A stretch of 64,000 bases of DNA from Tubulanus polymorphus (taxonomy: Eukaryota; Animalia; Nemertea). A model generated the notes under the pieces. That model saw only the letters and a list, made by a program, of their open reading frames with translations. It was not told the DNA's origin and made no database searches. The stretch spans positions 6,732,914 to 6,796,913 of the forward strand of contig NC_134034.1 of assembly GCF_964204645.1 (NCBI RefSeq), read 5' to 3'. Positions within the stretch are counted from its first letter, which is position 1; the number at the start of each line of letters is the position of its first letter. Shown in pieces: positions 33,003 through 45,081 of the stretch. The position numbers were made by a program, and so were the translations under genes.

Positions 33003-36000
33003 CAGGGGCGGATCCAGGGGCATATTTTGACTGCCTTCTAAAAGAAATGAGGGCACCCAAAGGGGGAGCGCGGGGTAACCCCCCTCGCCGGTGGGGGTTT
33101 GTGGGGTCTCCCCCAAGAAAATTTTTAATTTTCAAGTCCTCAGATGCATTTTCCCAGCATCTAGGACATATTTTTCTCAATCCTCACAATCCAAAATAAA
33201 GCCTTAAACACTGATGTAAGCAAAGTCTCCAACCAAAAATCCAAAATGCAAAAAGACATATGTTCAAGATTTATATATATTTATTTTCAGTTTCATTTTC
33301 AGCATTTTTATGGTATGGTTACAACTTACATAATATTACAAGATTGCATAAAGTGAATATTTGTAATACATACTGGAAACAACATTTATGAAAATGGCAA
33401 TTTAAATATTTCCTTATTTAATATAGCATTTTGAGATAATTATCTCAATTATATTATTATATGAGTACATTGCACTAGGATCATGTTATATAATGTACAA
33501 TGTATCCATAAAATACTATTTTCAATACCGATTTATTGCTTAAATACATATTTGAACTTTATATTTTTCAGTTAAAACACACAGACTCTCATAAATTTCA
33601 AATGAGACATACCCAGATACCAACAAATTGCACCATATTTCCACTATTCTTCAGTTAGCTCACACATTGCAAATGAGACATTTTCCATTGATACAGCAGC
33701 AAATTAAACAATATTTACAATTATTTTACAGTTAAAAATGACAGAATCTCACACATTGCTAATGAGGCATTTATGAAAGAAAATAAAACTACTATATACA
33801 CTACAAAATAAACATTTATCTCATAAAGTTATCAATATCCAATGTTATTTTTATCAAAATAACTTTAATTTACTGATACTGAACTATATTATACTATATA
33901 ATAATACTGATTGATTCAGCTCTGAATTACAATGCTGAGTAAATCATTCCAGCAAATAAATTCCAAATAATACTTTTCATAATCTGACATAATCAACCAT
34001 ATATTTCAAAACATTTTACCACAAACAGCTATTAAAACTTGTAATTTCTGATATTTAACGGTTTATAATGTACACAAAACCACAAGCAATAAGAATAAAT
34101 TCACTAAAAAATTCCCATTAATACATATTTTGTCCTGACAGCAGTAAACCAGTCACAAAGGCAAACAACAATATCTGCTGAACACAAAACTCAATCACGT
34201 CATGAATACCAGTTCTAGTTTATTATATCTAGCAGCACCATCTTTCTAGGATGCTGACGGGCAAATATATCAATCACTGCCTGAATGTCAATTTTCAGGG
34301 AACTATAGACTGAAAGGAGAGCTAAGCCATTCATGCGGCTTTGATTCATGGTGCTTCGCAAATAAGTTTTGAGACGTCTCAGAAGTGAGACAGAGCGTTC
34401 ACACTCACATGATGTAACGGGCATAGTCCCCAGTAACACTAATGCTGCCCTGATATTAGGAAACAAATCAGCATCTACAATGGGTAGGAGTTGCGTAAGA
34501 TGTTTTGGAACTTCTTTCTTGCTTTCAGCTGTCTTTTTCCAGTAAGATTCCCAAAGATGCAGTTCAACATTCAAAGAACTAGGTGATGGCAGGTCATCAA
34601 TGTACTCCATACAGAATTCTTTGAATGGCTTCGCCCATTCTTTGTTAGCTAAAACCGTTGCTGGCAACACGGAGAATGCAGAAAGAATAGTTTCCTGACC
34701 ACTGAAAAAACGATCATTTATCTCGGAATACAAATGATCCAGTATTGGTATAGCAATAGCACGTTTGAAGTACTGTTCTACTGACTCAGCTGGGATGTTG
34801 CTTCGCTGAGTCTGACGACCACATGTTCGGGGTTTTTGAACGTCAACTTCAAGCAAACTGGCTAAAGCGGTAGCCTGTTGAAACCATAATAGGTCGTAGG
34901 AGTCGAGATTTGATCGATATTTCTCGATAGTATCACGGACAGCTTTTAAGCACAAATATGCACGATTGGAATCCTGGTTCGCGTACTACAACTTAACGGT
35001 CAGACTAGTCGTCACACTCAGACATTCACGTGTCAAGATATAAGCGGCAATGAACGGAAAATTGGTAATCGCATGGTAGAGCCCATTTGCTTTTACCACA
35101 GAATCTGGATTCCAATGCTTTTCTGCATTCATACTTATCAAATCCAGGGTTTCAACGACAGCCACCACTATATCCGAAAACACCTCCATTACATCTAGGC
35201 GTTGGACCCATCTAGTTTGACAAAGGTCCAACAGCTTTGAGCGCTTACTTTCAGGGCACAGTACCTTGATCTTTTCAGAGAGTGCACCTTGTCGTTTTGG
35301 GGAATTTGAAAAAAATCTCGACAACTCCCCCAAAGTGTCCATCATGTTTTTCACCTGTGCAACTGATGCAGTTTTCGTGACGCAGAGATTAAGACGATGA
35401 GATGCACAGTGTACATATTTCACTTTGCGATACTGTGTTTTAATGCGAGTTGACGCACCCTTACATACACCAGACATATTTCCAGCCCCGTCAAAACATT
35501 GTCCCCTACAATCTTTCATGTCAAGGCCAAGGCCTTCAACTGTTTCTATCAATAGTCGGGCTATTTCTTCCCCTGATGTACCAGAATCACACCAAATAAA
35601 CTGCAGGAAAGATTCGTGAACTTCACCATTCGAATCAACATATCTCAGAATGAGAGGCATCTGTTCTATGTTGCTGCAATCCGATGCCTCATCAGCTAAA
35701 ATTGAGAAGTAACGGTTCATTTTTATGTCATCTATAATTGTTTTTTGAATCCATTCTTTCAAACAGTCAATCAGTTCATTCTGAATGGTTTTAGAACGAT
35801 ATGTACTTGTTTTTGAACACTTTTTAAAATGTTCCGTCAGTGTTGCATCACCAGCATCGCATCGAAACTCCAATAACTTTTGGAAATTACCAGAATTACT
35901 TTCTAAATCCAGATGTTTCGAGTCATCACGGTGTCCACGCAATGGGATATTTTGATTCCCAAGAAATATGACAGTTTTCAAAATGGATTTCAGAATTTTG

Positions 36001-37876
36001 CGATTTTCAGCAATTCGTTTTTGATTTGTTGTACTCGTTAAATTGTTGACTCCCAAGGGTTTGGGATTCCATTACACTGAGAAACATTTTCTCACAGCAA
36101 ACTGCATCATGATGTACTTTAGAGTTATCCCTATGGGATGTAAATCTAGAACTTGCGCATGTCCAGTCAATAAAGGGAGTCGAAACTAAACGTTCTAACT
36201 TGGCATCGTGTTTTTTCTAATGTGCGACCAAAGAAAACACATGGTCGACAGAAAGCACCTGATAGTTCCTCGGAATATGCAAACCAATGGAATTGTTTGA
36301 GCCAATCAGCATTAAATGATCGGTTTTTTAAGCCATATATGTCCGTTTTGGGAAATTTATACTTTTCTGTCGGCACCCACAAGTTACATAAAGCATTGTA
36401 CTTTTCAGCATCTTTCATTGTCCTTGTTTTGCCAACTAACAATCCAATATCTGAAAACAAAACCACAGATAAAGTCAAATTCTGTACATGCACACATTCA
36501 AACAAGCAAAACAGAACTTACAAATATTCCTGGAAAGCTCCATAACACGCAATATTTGGCAACCATTCATTGGCCTATAAAAGTTATAACTTAATCCAGG
36601 GGCAGATTAAGGGGATACGCCGCAATCTTGCCAAAAATTTCTCCAAATGTTTCTTCAGAATAGATAATGGATCCCCCTGTTGACACATGCAGAGAATTAA
36701 ATAAGAAAATTATCGCATACAAACGTACCCATCATATTATTATTATTTGTGTCACGATTCTCATAGGCAGACATGATTTGATGATGATCATTCGATGAAA
36801 TCTGGGGTACCGGTACACTATCAGTTGGTACAATTACTGGAGTTTCAATCATCACTGCATTAGATGGTGGTGTAATTGATTCCCTGTCCATGATGTCAGA
36901 ACTGGATGTCGTGGTTGTTTCGACGATATCATGTGGATGGTCACCGGCTTCAGCACTCTCTGTGATGTCAGAACGGGATGTCGCAGTTGTTTCGACGATA
37001 TCATGCGGATGGTCACCAGTGGCAGCATTAGAGTGATTAACTGGTTCTGCTGAACGACCACTGAAAAATAGAAAAACAAGTTGCATAAATATTCATTTAA
37101 ATGTGCCCTTTTCTGACTTTACTACGCCAGGCCCAGGCTGCCCCCAGGATTAATGTTGCCTTTTAGCTGGAAAGTGCCCTTTTTATACTGAACTTGCCCC
37201 TAACAAGAGCTATGTATGTGCATATATTATCTTTGTGAATGCATGCAGCCCTAGACCTTTTAAGATGCCTCCGGGGGTGGATTCTTGAGTTTGACTCTTT
37301 GACTTTGACATTTGTTACGCTAGCCTTGAGGCCTATAAATTGCCTCTGTTTACGGCTGTTTGACCTAGAGACAGCTCATAAATCATAAACAGTGTTGTCA
37401 AACAAATGTTAAAGTTCTAACCTGAACAACGTAAATAAGGTTTTGCAGCGCTTTGCATCATCTTTTAGTAATTTTTCTCGGTCACGCTTTCTCCGTGCTG
37501 CCGATGGCATTTTTCATGTTGTGAATGATTCTCCACACAGGGCGCGATGCATTAACTATTACCGTAACTGCGGACATCGGCAACGGAAAACTGCCGACAT
37601 CGGCATCGGAAGTTTTGATAACGACTCTCAGTTCATGCGGGTTGTAATGTGCCGGCCTGGGGTTACAGATCGTTATCTCTAGTGCCCCCCCCCCCCACAC
37701 GAAAACTCATCGGAAAAGGTTCACTTCGAATCACGATTATAATCTATATGCTACTTTGCTATAGTAGATTTTTTTACTATCACTTAAAAATAAAAAATGC
37801 GTTCCTTTAAGAGGGGCACTCGGGATTTTTTGACTGCCTTCCGGAAGGCATGGAAGGCACCCTGGATCCGCCCCTG
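33003..37876 (-). mobile_element. hAT DNA transposon (ZMYM1/THAP12-like transposase), 17-bp TIRs, 5-bp TSD
   Basis: TIR CAGGGGCGGATCCAGGG at 33003 and inverse at 37860-37876, flanked by AAAAG on both sides. Subterminal TTTTGACTGCCTTC near both ends. Confidence 0.88.
34215..37510 (-). pseudogene. Spliced hAT transposase: exons 37510-37422, 37060-36729, 36450-34215, with frameshifts and a stop
   Basis: GT-AG introns with compatible phases. TTF-type zinc finger (WFAYS...AFCRPC), PLRGH, SKTIQNELI, ILADEASD, GQCFDGAGNMSG, VHCASHRLNL, TRW and hATC CERSVSLLRRLKTYLRSTM. Confidence 0.9.
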
Positions 37877-37912
37877 AAAAGTGCTCCGACGGCTCTACAG
37901 GTTAGACAGGTT

Positions 37913-38062
37913 ACATAGCGGGCAGATGTAGATCTCATGTATGTCGAACGATATCCGGGCCATGTCTTGTTTCTGGAGGCCAGTACATAGATTATGCATC
38001 CAACTTTCACACAAAGAGCATTGAACCAATTGTCTGTTATCTGGGTTTTGGCAAACGGTGCA
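37913..38062 (-). pseudogene. PHD finger of LINE ORF1 (not in the ORF track; alternative frame)
   Basis: CTVC-QNPDNRQLVQ-CSLC-ESWM-H-NL-C-TGL...IYI-CPLC, a C4HC3 pattern. Confidence 0.85.
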
Positions 38063-38456
38063 ACTAGACTTTTGAGGAAATTGTTTGTGTCCATTGTTTG
38101 TGTCTGAGGCGACTGGGGGTCTAACTGACTCTGTTTAGGTTTATTCAGTTTTTCCAACATTTTCGGGAAGGTGTCTCTCACCCGGAACGAGTTCCCTTGG
38201 ATATTCAGCTTGGGAGTCTTTTTCGTTGACCCTCTATACAAAGTTGTGTGAATGGTACCCAATTTGTTGTTCTGGCTGTCAGTATACATTCCAGAAAACT
38301 GAAGACCGTGATCTCCGCGGGCTATCGGATTACCATAGCTAGCACGGAGTACCTCGAGGATAGACTTCGCTTTTTCTTTGCATAGGTCTATTACCACTGA
38401 CTGTGGTTTCTCACTTATCGCAACCTTACGGTAACCTAGTTCATCATCAAATGAGT

Positions 38457-38732
38457 TCACGAAGTTCTGCTACTGGATCTCCTCTCAGATTTCTGGCCCT
38501 GCTGGAGTATATGGTCTCTCAGTTGGGTGTACGCAGAGTTCAGTTTCTGGAACGAGGTGGTGGCATCAGATCTGTTGAACTTATCGGGGTGTATTTCTTT
38601 AGCGATGGAGATGTATTTGGTCCTAACATCATCAAGGCTTGAAGGCAGCTCATCGAGTTCTAAGATTTTGAGGAGTTCCACGTTATTACTATATTTGATT
38701 TTATACGTGATACTGATGGAAAAGTTTCTCAC
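38457..38732 (-). pseudogene. J-domain (DnaJ/Hsp40-like, HPD motif) at the apparent N-terminus of LINE ORF1
   Basis: LLKILEL..SLDDVRTKYISIAKEIHPDK...ATTSFQKLNSAYTQLRD, with HPD at 38591-38583. Overlaps the next ORF (37807..38460) by a frameshift. Confidence 0.8.
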
Positions 38733-39475
38733 ATGAATTTACGACGATCGACGAATATTACAGACCAGAACGCTGCTCGGTTTTGTTATCTATCTATAGC
38801 ACATCACCTTTTCTGCCTACGTTGGGGTAAACAGCATTAAATTTCAATTTTCTCCGGACACGGTAAGTTTGTTGTGATCACAAGTGTGTATGACCTGTTG
38901 ACTGGAAGCCTCGAGTGTTTGTCAGAGATGACGTCAGAAACACACACCTGCTGACATAAACAATAACAGTTAGCACGTGCTGAAATTGCTGATTTCAAAG
39001 TGATATTTCTGAGTAGTGGCTGAACTAGAATTCAAACCAGTAGCATATTTGATAGTTGTGAATACATCACATTTGAAAATGACTTGTACACAATATTCTT
39101 TTTTGATGGCATTTGCTCTTTAATGAGCCACGTATTTCACAACGGAAGTGGATAATCCGCAAATAAATGCCAAGTGTGAACGCTTAGTACCATACTAAAA
39201 TCCTATTGTGAACGCAGCTTATAAAAGGTAGCACACCATTGGTGATTTGCTACATTCTGATTGTAAGAATTACAAAGATATTACCAATGCCACTTGATAT
39301 TGGGTCCACTGTGTGTATGGTAGTAAGAAGGTGATACAGCTGATCCGTTACTGCCCCGGTTACTGTAAAAATACTTATTCAATGACATTTATATCAAACC
39401 GCACCTAGGTGACAAGTCTTGTTTATTACCAAGAAAATCATATTTGTACATTCTCAATTATTGCATATTGTATCA

Positions 39476-40461
39476 TTATAGTTTTCCGGATTGTTTCAAA
39501 AAATACGTAGCAAGGTGCCTCTTATCACCAAACATCTTAGCATGTTGCACATGACAATTTGCCATATGTTCACCGGTACAATTGAATGGCTTGTATGCAA
39601 GTCGAAGGTCAGGATCGATTCCATGCAAAATGTGAACGTCACTGAATTGCACAAACATATCCATTATAGTCGATGATGACCCTTCATTTCTACCATTGTG
39701 TGATTTATTATCCGCAGCAAGGAAATCACTTGCGTAAAAACTAGCATGTTCCGCCGAATGCGTATTGAAATATCCGTTGTCTTTGTGCACATCAAAGTTA
39801 GTACTATTGTTGCCAGTGAATCTCGGATCATACTGCCAAAAACCGATTGGAAAAAACACCTGTTGCCCACGAATTGTATTGATACGAACACGGTTCACGA
39901 ATTGTAAATTCATATGCATAGTAACTGAGCCCAGAAACATGATGGAGTCAATCATTGCTTTTTTGGCAATCACTCCTCGGATGACAGAAAATGGGCCAGA
40001 CACTTCGTCTAGTAGCACCCATTTCAAGCAGTTGTCATATGCATCGATGATGAACCTATATGTCTGTAAAATTTCAGGTCTTTCAAAAACCATCATCAAA
40101 TCTACATTGGTTCCAGTTTTACAAAACTCGAATAAATACGTCGTAAGAAAGTGATACAGCTGATCCTTCACGGCCAAGCTTACTGCAATGATGACAGTAA
40201 CATGCGTCGTCTCCGTAACGTACTGTATTGGTACAAGCTCAACGTGGTTTAGTGGACGGATGAGATTGGCATGATGAATGATGGAACACTTTTTCTGGGA
40301 GTCATACATTTCTACATCAACCATGTATTCTATCCCCCGAGATGGATCAAAGCGCCGATAACCATTCACCAAACGCGTGTAATGTAGGTGGTTACCAAAC
40401 TGATCCTGCAGTGTCAAAAAAGTTTTGTTCAAAATACTTGAGATGTCTATTTCGTCGATCC
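39476..40461 (-). CDS. CHPF: Chondroitin polymerizing factor (chondroitin sulfate synthase 2)-like, last coding exon
   Basis: LVNGYRRFDPSRGIEY, RPLNHVELVPIQYVTE, QVFFPIGFWQYDP, GYFNTHSAEHASFYASDF. Acceptor tttttgtAG at 40462-40463. Confidence 0.9.
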
Positions 40462-40738
40462 CTACAAAAAATAAACAAATGTAATGATCATTGGTTGATA
40501 TGTCGTTACTATGGTGCCCTTTAATGTAACTGTGTTTGTTGTGAATTTTCAAGCACATTAATAGTGTATCCTGAGTAAGGGGCTGCAACTTGTTGAAATA
40601 TTGATATGAAAAACTAGATCAGAGTTGCCACTACTGAAGATACAACTGGGTCAGCAGCTCAGCAACTAGGAGGGTGGTCTATCTTTAAAAGCTGACGACT
40701 GATGCATGGGGAGGAATGAATGCGCAAGCAACAAATGT

Positions 40739-41230
40739 ACAGTAAACCTTGCATAAGTCGGATCGGATATAGTCGGATTAACGGACAAGTCGTATAAATT
40801 CAGAGGTCCCATTTTATTCTTCTTATTTTCAAGTAAATTTCTGTCCCAAAGTCGAATTTTACTAGTTGGAAACTTGCCTACATCATAGTGTGAAGTGTGG
40901 TCCCAAAATATAAAATCTACTTAAATTATAGTCTCAAAGTTGGATCGTTTATTGATCATGTGTGCGCTTGCGGGTAGTATTCTGTCCGATGGGGAAATTG
41001 TGGAATTTGTCCGGGATTCCACAATTGAGATTGATGATGACGATGATGACCAAACAGAGTATCATCCAGTCAGCACATCTGAAGCTTTAGATTCACTGAA
41101 AAAACTCTATGGATATCTGTTGGCCAGCAAAGATGTAAACTATGACAAGGAGCTTGATTGTTTACACTTTTGTATCCAAAGTACAGAACAAACGTGCCAG
41201 ACAATCAACAATTTGAGTTTTTTAAACCTG
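40739..41230 (+). mobile_element. Tigger/pogo transposon remnant
   Basis: TA|CAGTAAACC terminus; LSDGEIVEFV...DDDDD...EALDSLKKLYGYL resembles the Tigger transposase C-terminus. Confidence 0.55.
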
Positions 41231-44200
41231 TTTAGAACGCTGGATTAATTAACGACCACAGCTTGACCCCGATCAAATGAACTTGAAACTCACCACAATC
41301 ATAGAAAAGTTGTAAGCTACAACTTTCTAATTCATTGTTGTAACAAAATATGCTTAGGTATCAATACTATGTGGAAAAACTTTTTCCCACCAACGAATGA
41401 GTACTAATGACACCAAGATGGCCGCCAATTACCTGTCTCACGTATAAAACATCCCTTTCCAAAGAATACCCATCAGCGATTGCAATGAGAAATGGCAAAC
41501 CAGTAGGAAGCTACAGGACTCAGAATTTGGGCCAAAATTGACATTTTGGGCACTAAAAAGGTCATAGGGCTAAAAAGGGAACAAGAGGCCCATGGACCTT
41601 GAAGCATTGGTAGATTATACTGTGGTAGGTATTAAGTGGTTAATGTATTACATCTACCGGCGAATGTTCTATGACAATGTTGATTGGGAGGACCACAGAC
41701 ATAAGGTCAATTCGTGTTAGTACGATTTTCATTTACGCTGAAAATGAATTTCATTTTTCTGCCGAACGATTGAGCCTAGGCTATTTGTATAATGCGATTC
41801 TGTTAAAAAGACGAAACCAGTTTATTCTGATGTTTTCCATCATGTCGCAGCTAAGATATTCATATCAATCAAGATTTGGAACCCATTTAATACAACAATC
41901 TTCGGCACTTTCGACTACACAAGGTGTGTATCAACGATGTAAAATTACAGTTTTTGGAACTAAAATTTGTATTTCCGAGTGGTACTTACCCTTTCCTATG
42001 GTTTTGCCAATATTTTCTAAATTTGGATTGATCGCCAATGGTTTTTCTATACGACCCGGCCCTGTGGTATTGCATTTAGACACCGACGAAATCCGCCATC
42101 TTTTTATGCCATAGCAGACCCAAGAATGCAGCTATGCGGGGCAGGTGGGTGGGATTCCCACCATAGGAAAGGGTAAGCTGCTCGGAAACACAAATTTTAG
42201 TTCCAAAAAGTGTAATATTTCCGTTGAGTACTGTACCCTTTCCTATGGTTTTTGCTAGATTAGCCTAGCACAAGGATGGTCCATTTGATCCAGCAAGCGG
42301 GGGAGGACTGGTGTGGGTGGGAACGCATACGCATGCATCCCCGACCAATCCAGAGAGAAGGTGTCAACCCTACGCTTCTGCATCTGGAAACGGGGAAACA
42401 AACAGTGGACACCTCCGATTGAACCAGGTGGCAAACAGATCAAGCAGCGGATTGCCGAACATGTCTCAAACCCAATTGGCTATTTCTTGGTGGAGAACCC
42501 ATTCTGTCGCAATAGCCTAACCTCGACGAGAAAGAGCATCGGCCATCACGTTCCTTTTCCCGGCTAAATGTGCCACAGTCAGGGAAACTCACTTTGCCTG
42601 GCACCAAAGAAGAATTTTGGCTGACAGATCTGTGAGGGTTTCTGAGTGAGTGCCCCCTTGATTCTGAAGGTAAGCCCTCACAGTTGAATGGTCCGTGGCT
42701 AACCAAATATAATGGCCCTCCACTCTCCTGTGAAAGAACTTCAGAGCGTTCCACACGACGAGCATTTTCAGGAAATTTATGTAGCGAGACCACCTCCCAA
42801 AGATCTGGACTTAGATCAGTTGGAGGTACAGGAATCAAGGTCTCCCGGTTGCCCTTCGACTGAGACCAGAAGACTTTCCATTATTGTTGCAAGCGCCTGC
42901 TTCTGAGGTGGCCTAAGGGCACCACCAGACCCATTGAGCTGATGGAGCCTAGAAGCCGTGACCGGTAATGAGCTATTATCAGTGACCAGTAACAAGCTAT
43001 TCTCGGGGTTGTGGACACTCCCGCTACAGCTTCTTGAAGTTTGGCTACTTGAGCCATGGACGGAAAAACTTTGCCGATTCGGAGATCGAAGTCCATGCTG
43101 AGATAAGTGAACTGTTGGGCCTGCGTCAACTGAGATTTTTCCCTGTTTACGCAGAACCCTAGCTGATGGACTAAGTCCAAGACTGAGGTCATTGCCGCCG
43201 GACATTCTTGAGCCGAGTTTGCGACTATTAACCAGTCGTCGAGGTAAACGAACAGTCAAACACCCCTGGACTGAAGTACCTACTGAACGGCCTTGACCAA
43301 CTTAGTCAAAACCCACGGGGCTGTACTGACGCCAAATGGAACAGACCTGAACTGGAACTGGCAGCCTTTCCACTTTATCCTGAGAAATCGCCGAGATTTT
43401 GGGTGAATTGGAACCTGAAAATAAGCATCTTTCAGGTCCAATGAAGCTGCCCATTGACCCGGACGGAGCCCCTTGAATCACGTCCTTGGGTTTGGTCATC
43501 CGGAACCTTGGGAAGTCTAGGTGCCGATTGAGGGATGACAGATCTATCAACATCCATTGACCCCCTGTGGCCTTTGGTACCATGAATATTCGAGAAAACC
43601 AGCCGGGAGAAGTTTTGTTGCAAACTGGTTCTATCGCTCCCTTCTCGGCCAATTCCCCAAGAGCCGGAAAGATTAAGGCCTCCTGACCTGGTTTTGGCCG
43701 CATGTCGGGAGGTGACCTCGTCAGGCGCGGTCGCTTAAGGAAACGGAGACGGTAGCCACGTGAGACGACCCGGGAGGGCCAACCATCTCCAAAAAGGTTG
43801 GACCAGTGGGTGGCTACCTGTTGCTGACAACCATCCACTGGTCCCGAGAATTCATTTCCAGTTTTTCTGAAAGAGCCACTTTTCGGGGCCTTCCCTGTGC
43901 CCTGATACGAACCGGAACTGTTATGACCGGATGAGGCTTGATGCTATTGTTGGAGCTGTGCGCTAGTTCTCCAACCGGCATCTGAAGCCGCCTGAGAAAG
44001 CTCTGAAGTTTGAGTTGGCCCTGTTTGAGTCCGTGCCGAACCTTGCGCCACTGGTGCCGGACCAGAACACTTTTTCCACGGGGTTTGGATGGTGGGCTCG
44101 GTCTGGACCGCACCAACCGGAGAAAAGATGCGAAGACGTCACCAATGGAGCTCTCAGTAAAGAATTGGACACCATATCAGGTAAACGAGCTTTGGAACTG

Positions 44201-44714
44201 GAGTCCATAACTGACTGACGGAAGGCTAAAACAAGATTAGCCTGACCCCGAAACGACAACGGAATGACATGTGAAACTGACCGAGCTAAAGATTGGATAA
44301 TCCGGTCCATTCCCTCTAGTTTTAGGGCAACTGACTCTGGGTCGGAGCCCCCATGGACGGCGGCGAGAGTTTAGCAAAGCTCGCCTGTCAACACCTTCAG
44401 TGCCATATCCTGGAACGAGCCAACCCTGGTAAGATTGTCCAGGATTGACGTCATGACCACCAAACCGAACTTAGGCAAACGAATACCCGACTGCGCTGAA
44501 CCAGTATCGGGGCTGATCAAAGTATAATCAGCATCCAGGCAGCTATGACTATGATCCACAGCACCTGGAGTTGCATAATACATCGAGTGAAATGCGCCTA
44601 TAGGCTAGGGGATTGGTTGAACTAGAATATTTTCCAGAATTCGTACCCTGTTCTGGAGGGGAAAACGAAAATGTTCCAGGGCGACATTCACCCCATAATT
44701 GCGTATCTAATCTA

Positions 44715-45081
44715 ATGTCTATTTCAACCTGACTTGAGAGCATTCCGGGTGGCCTAGCTCGCTAATTTTTGGTAGTACATACCTGATAAAGGTCTTAATG
44801 GGACCAGAAAGGACAGGCAGTCGACCTAAATCATGATTTTTAAACTTTTATAAATATATTGTAAAACTTTCAAATCATGGAGTCTCTTTTCTCTCAGGAA
44901 CCCCTCTCAATGCAGACTTTTTGGATATCCTTCAATACAGTTTAAAGAGGATTAAAAAACGATATTTTAGGTCGACTGCCTGTCCCTTCTGGTCCTAATA
45001 CGACTTTTATCAGGTATGTACTACTAAAACTGACTGAGCTAGACCACCCGGAATGCTCTCAAGTCAGGTTGAAATAGGCAT
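44715..45081. mobile_element. MITE with ~115-bp TIRs and TA TSD inserted in DIRS gag
   Basis: atgtctatttcaacctgacttgagagcattccgggtgg... is inverted at the other end. Removal restores EWARLDTQLWG. Confidence 0.82.

Larger units (their letters stand above)
32762..37897. mobile_element. Small hAT-like MITE (6-bp TSD) that hosts the hAT element
   Basis: Ends CAGAGCCGTCGGA / TCCGACGGCTCTA. TSD CAGGTT at 32756-32761 and 37898-37903. Removal restores the LINE ORF1 frame (...CPLCNLSNL|VQKADD). Confidence 0.75.
28530..38780 (-). mobile_element. Degenerate non-LTR retrotransposon (RTE-X/CR1-group-like) with ORF1 and ORF2, carrying nested insertions
   Basis: ORF1 pieces 30760-38732 and ORF2 APE+RT pieces 28530-30734, collinear on the minus strand once the insertions are removed. 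Confidence 0.82.

Noticed and set aside
37807-38070. C-terminal part of ORF 37807..38460 as real protein
   Set aside because: The conserved PHD finger lies in another frame, and the tail reads into transposon TIR sequence.
39476-40588. 370-aa ORF as a complete single-exon gene
   Set aside because: The first ~43 codons are intron; homology starts at the acceptor at 40461 and upstream exons exist.
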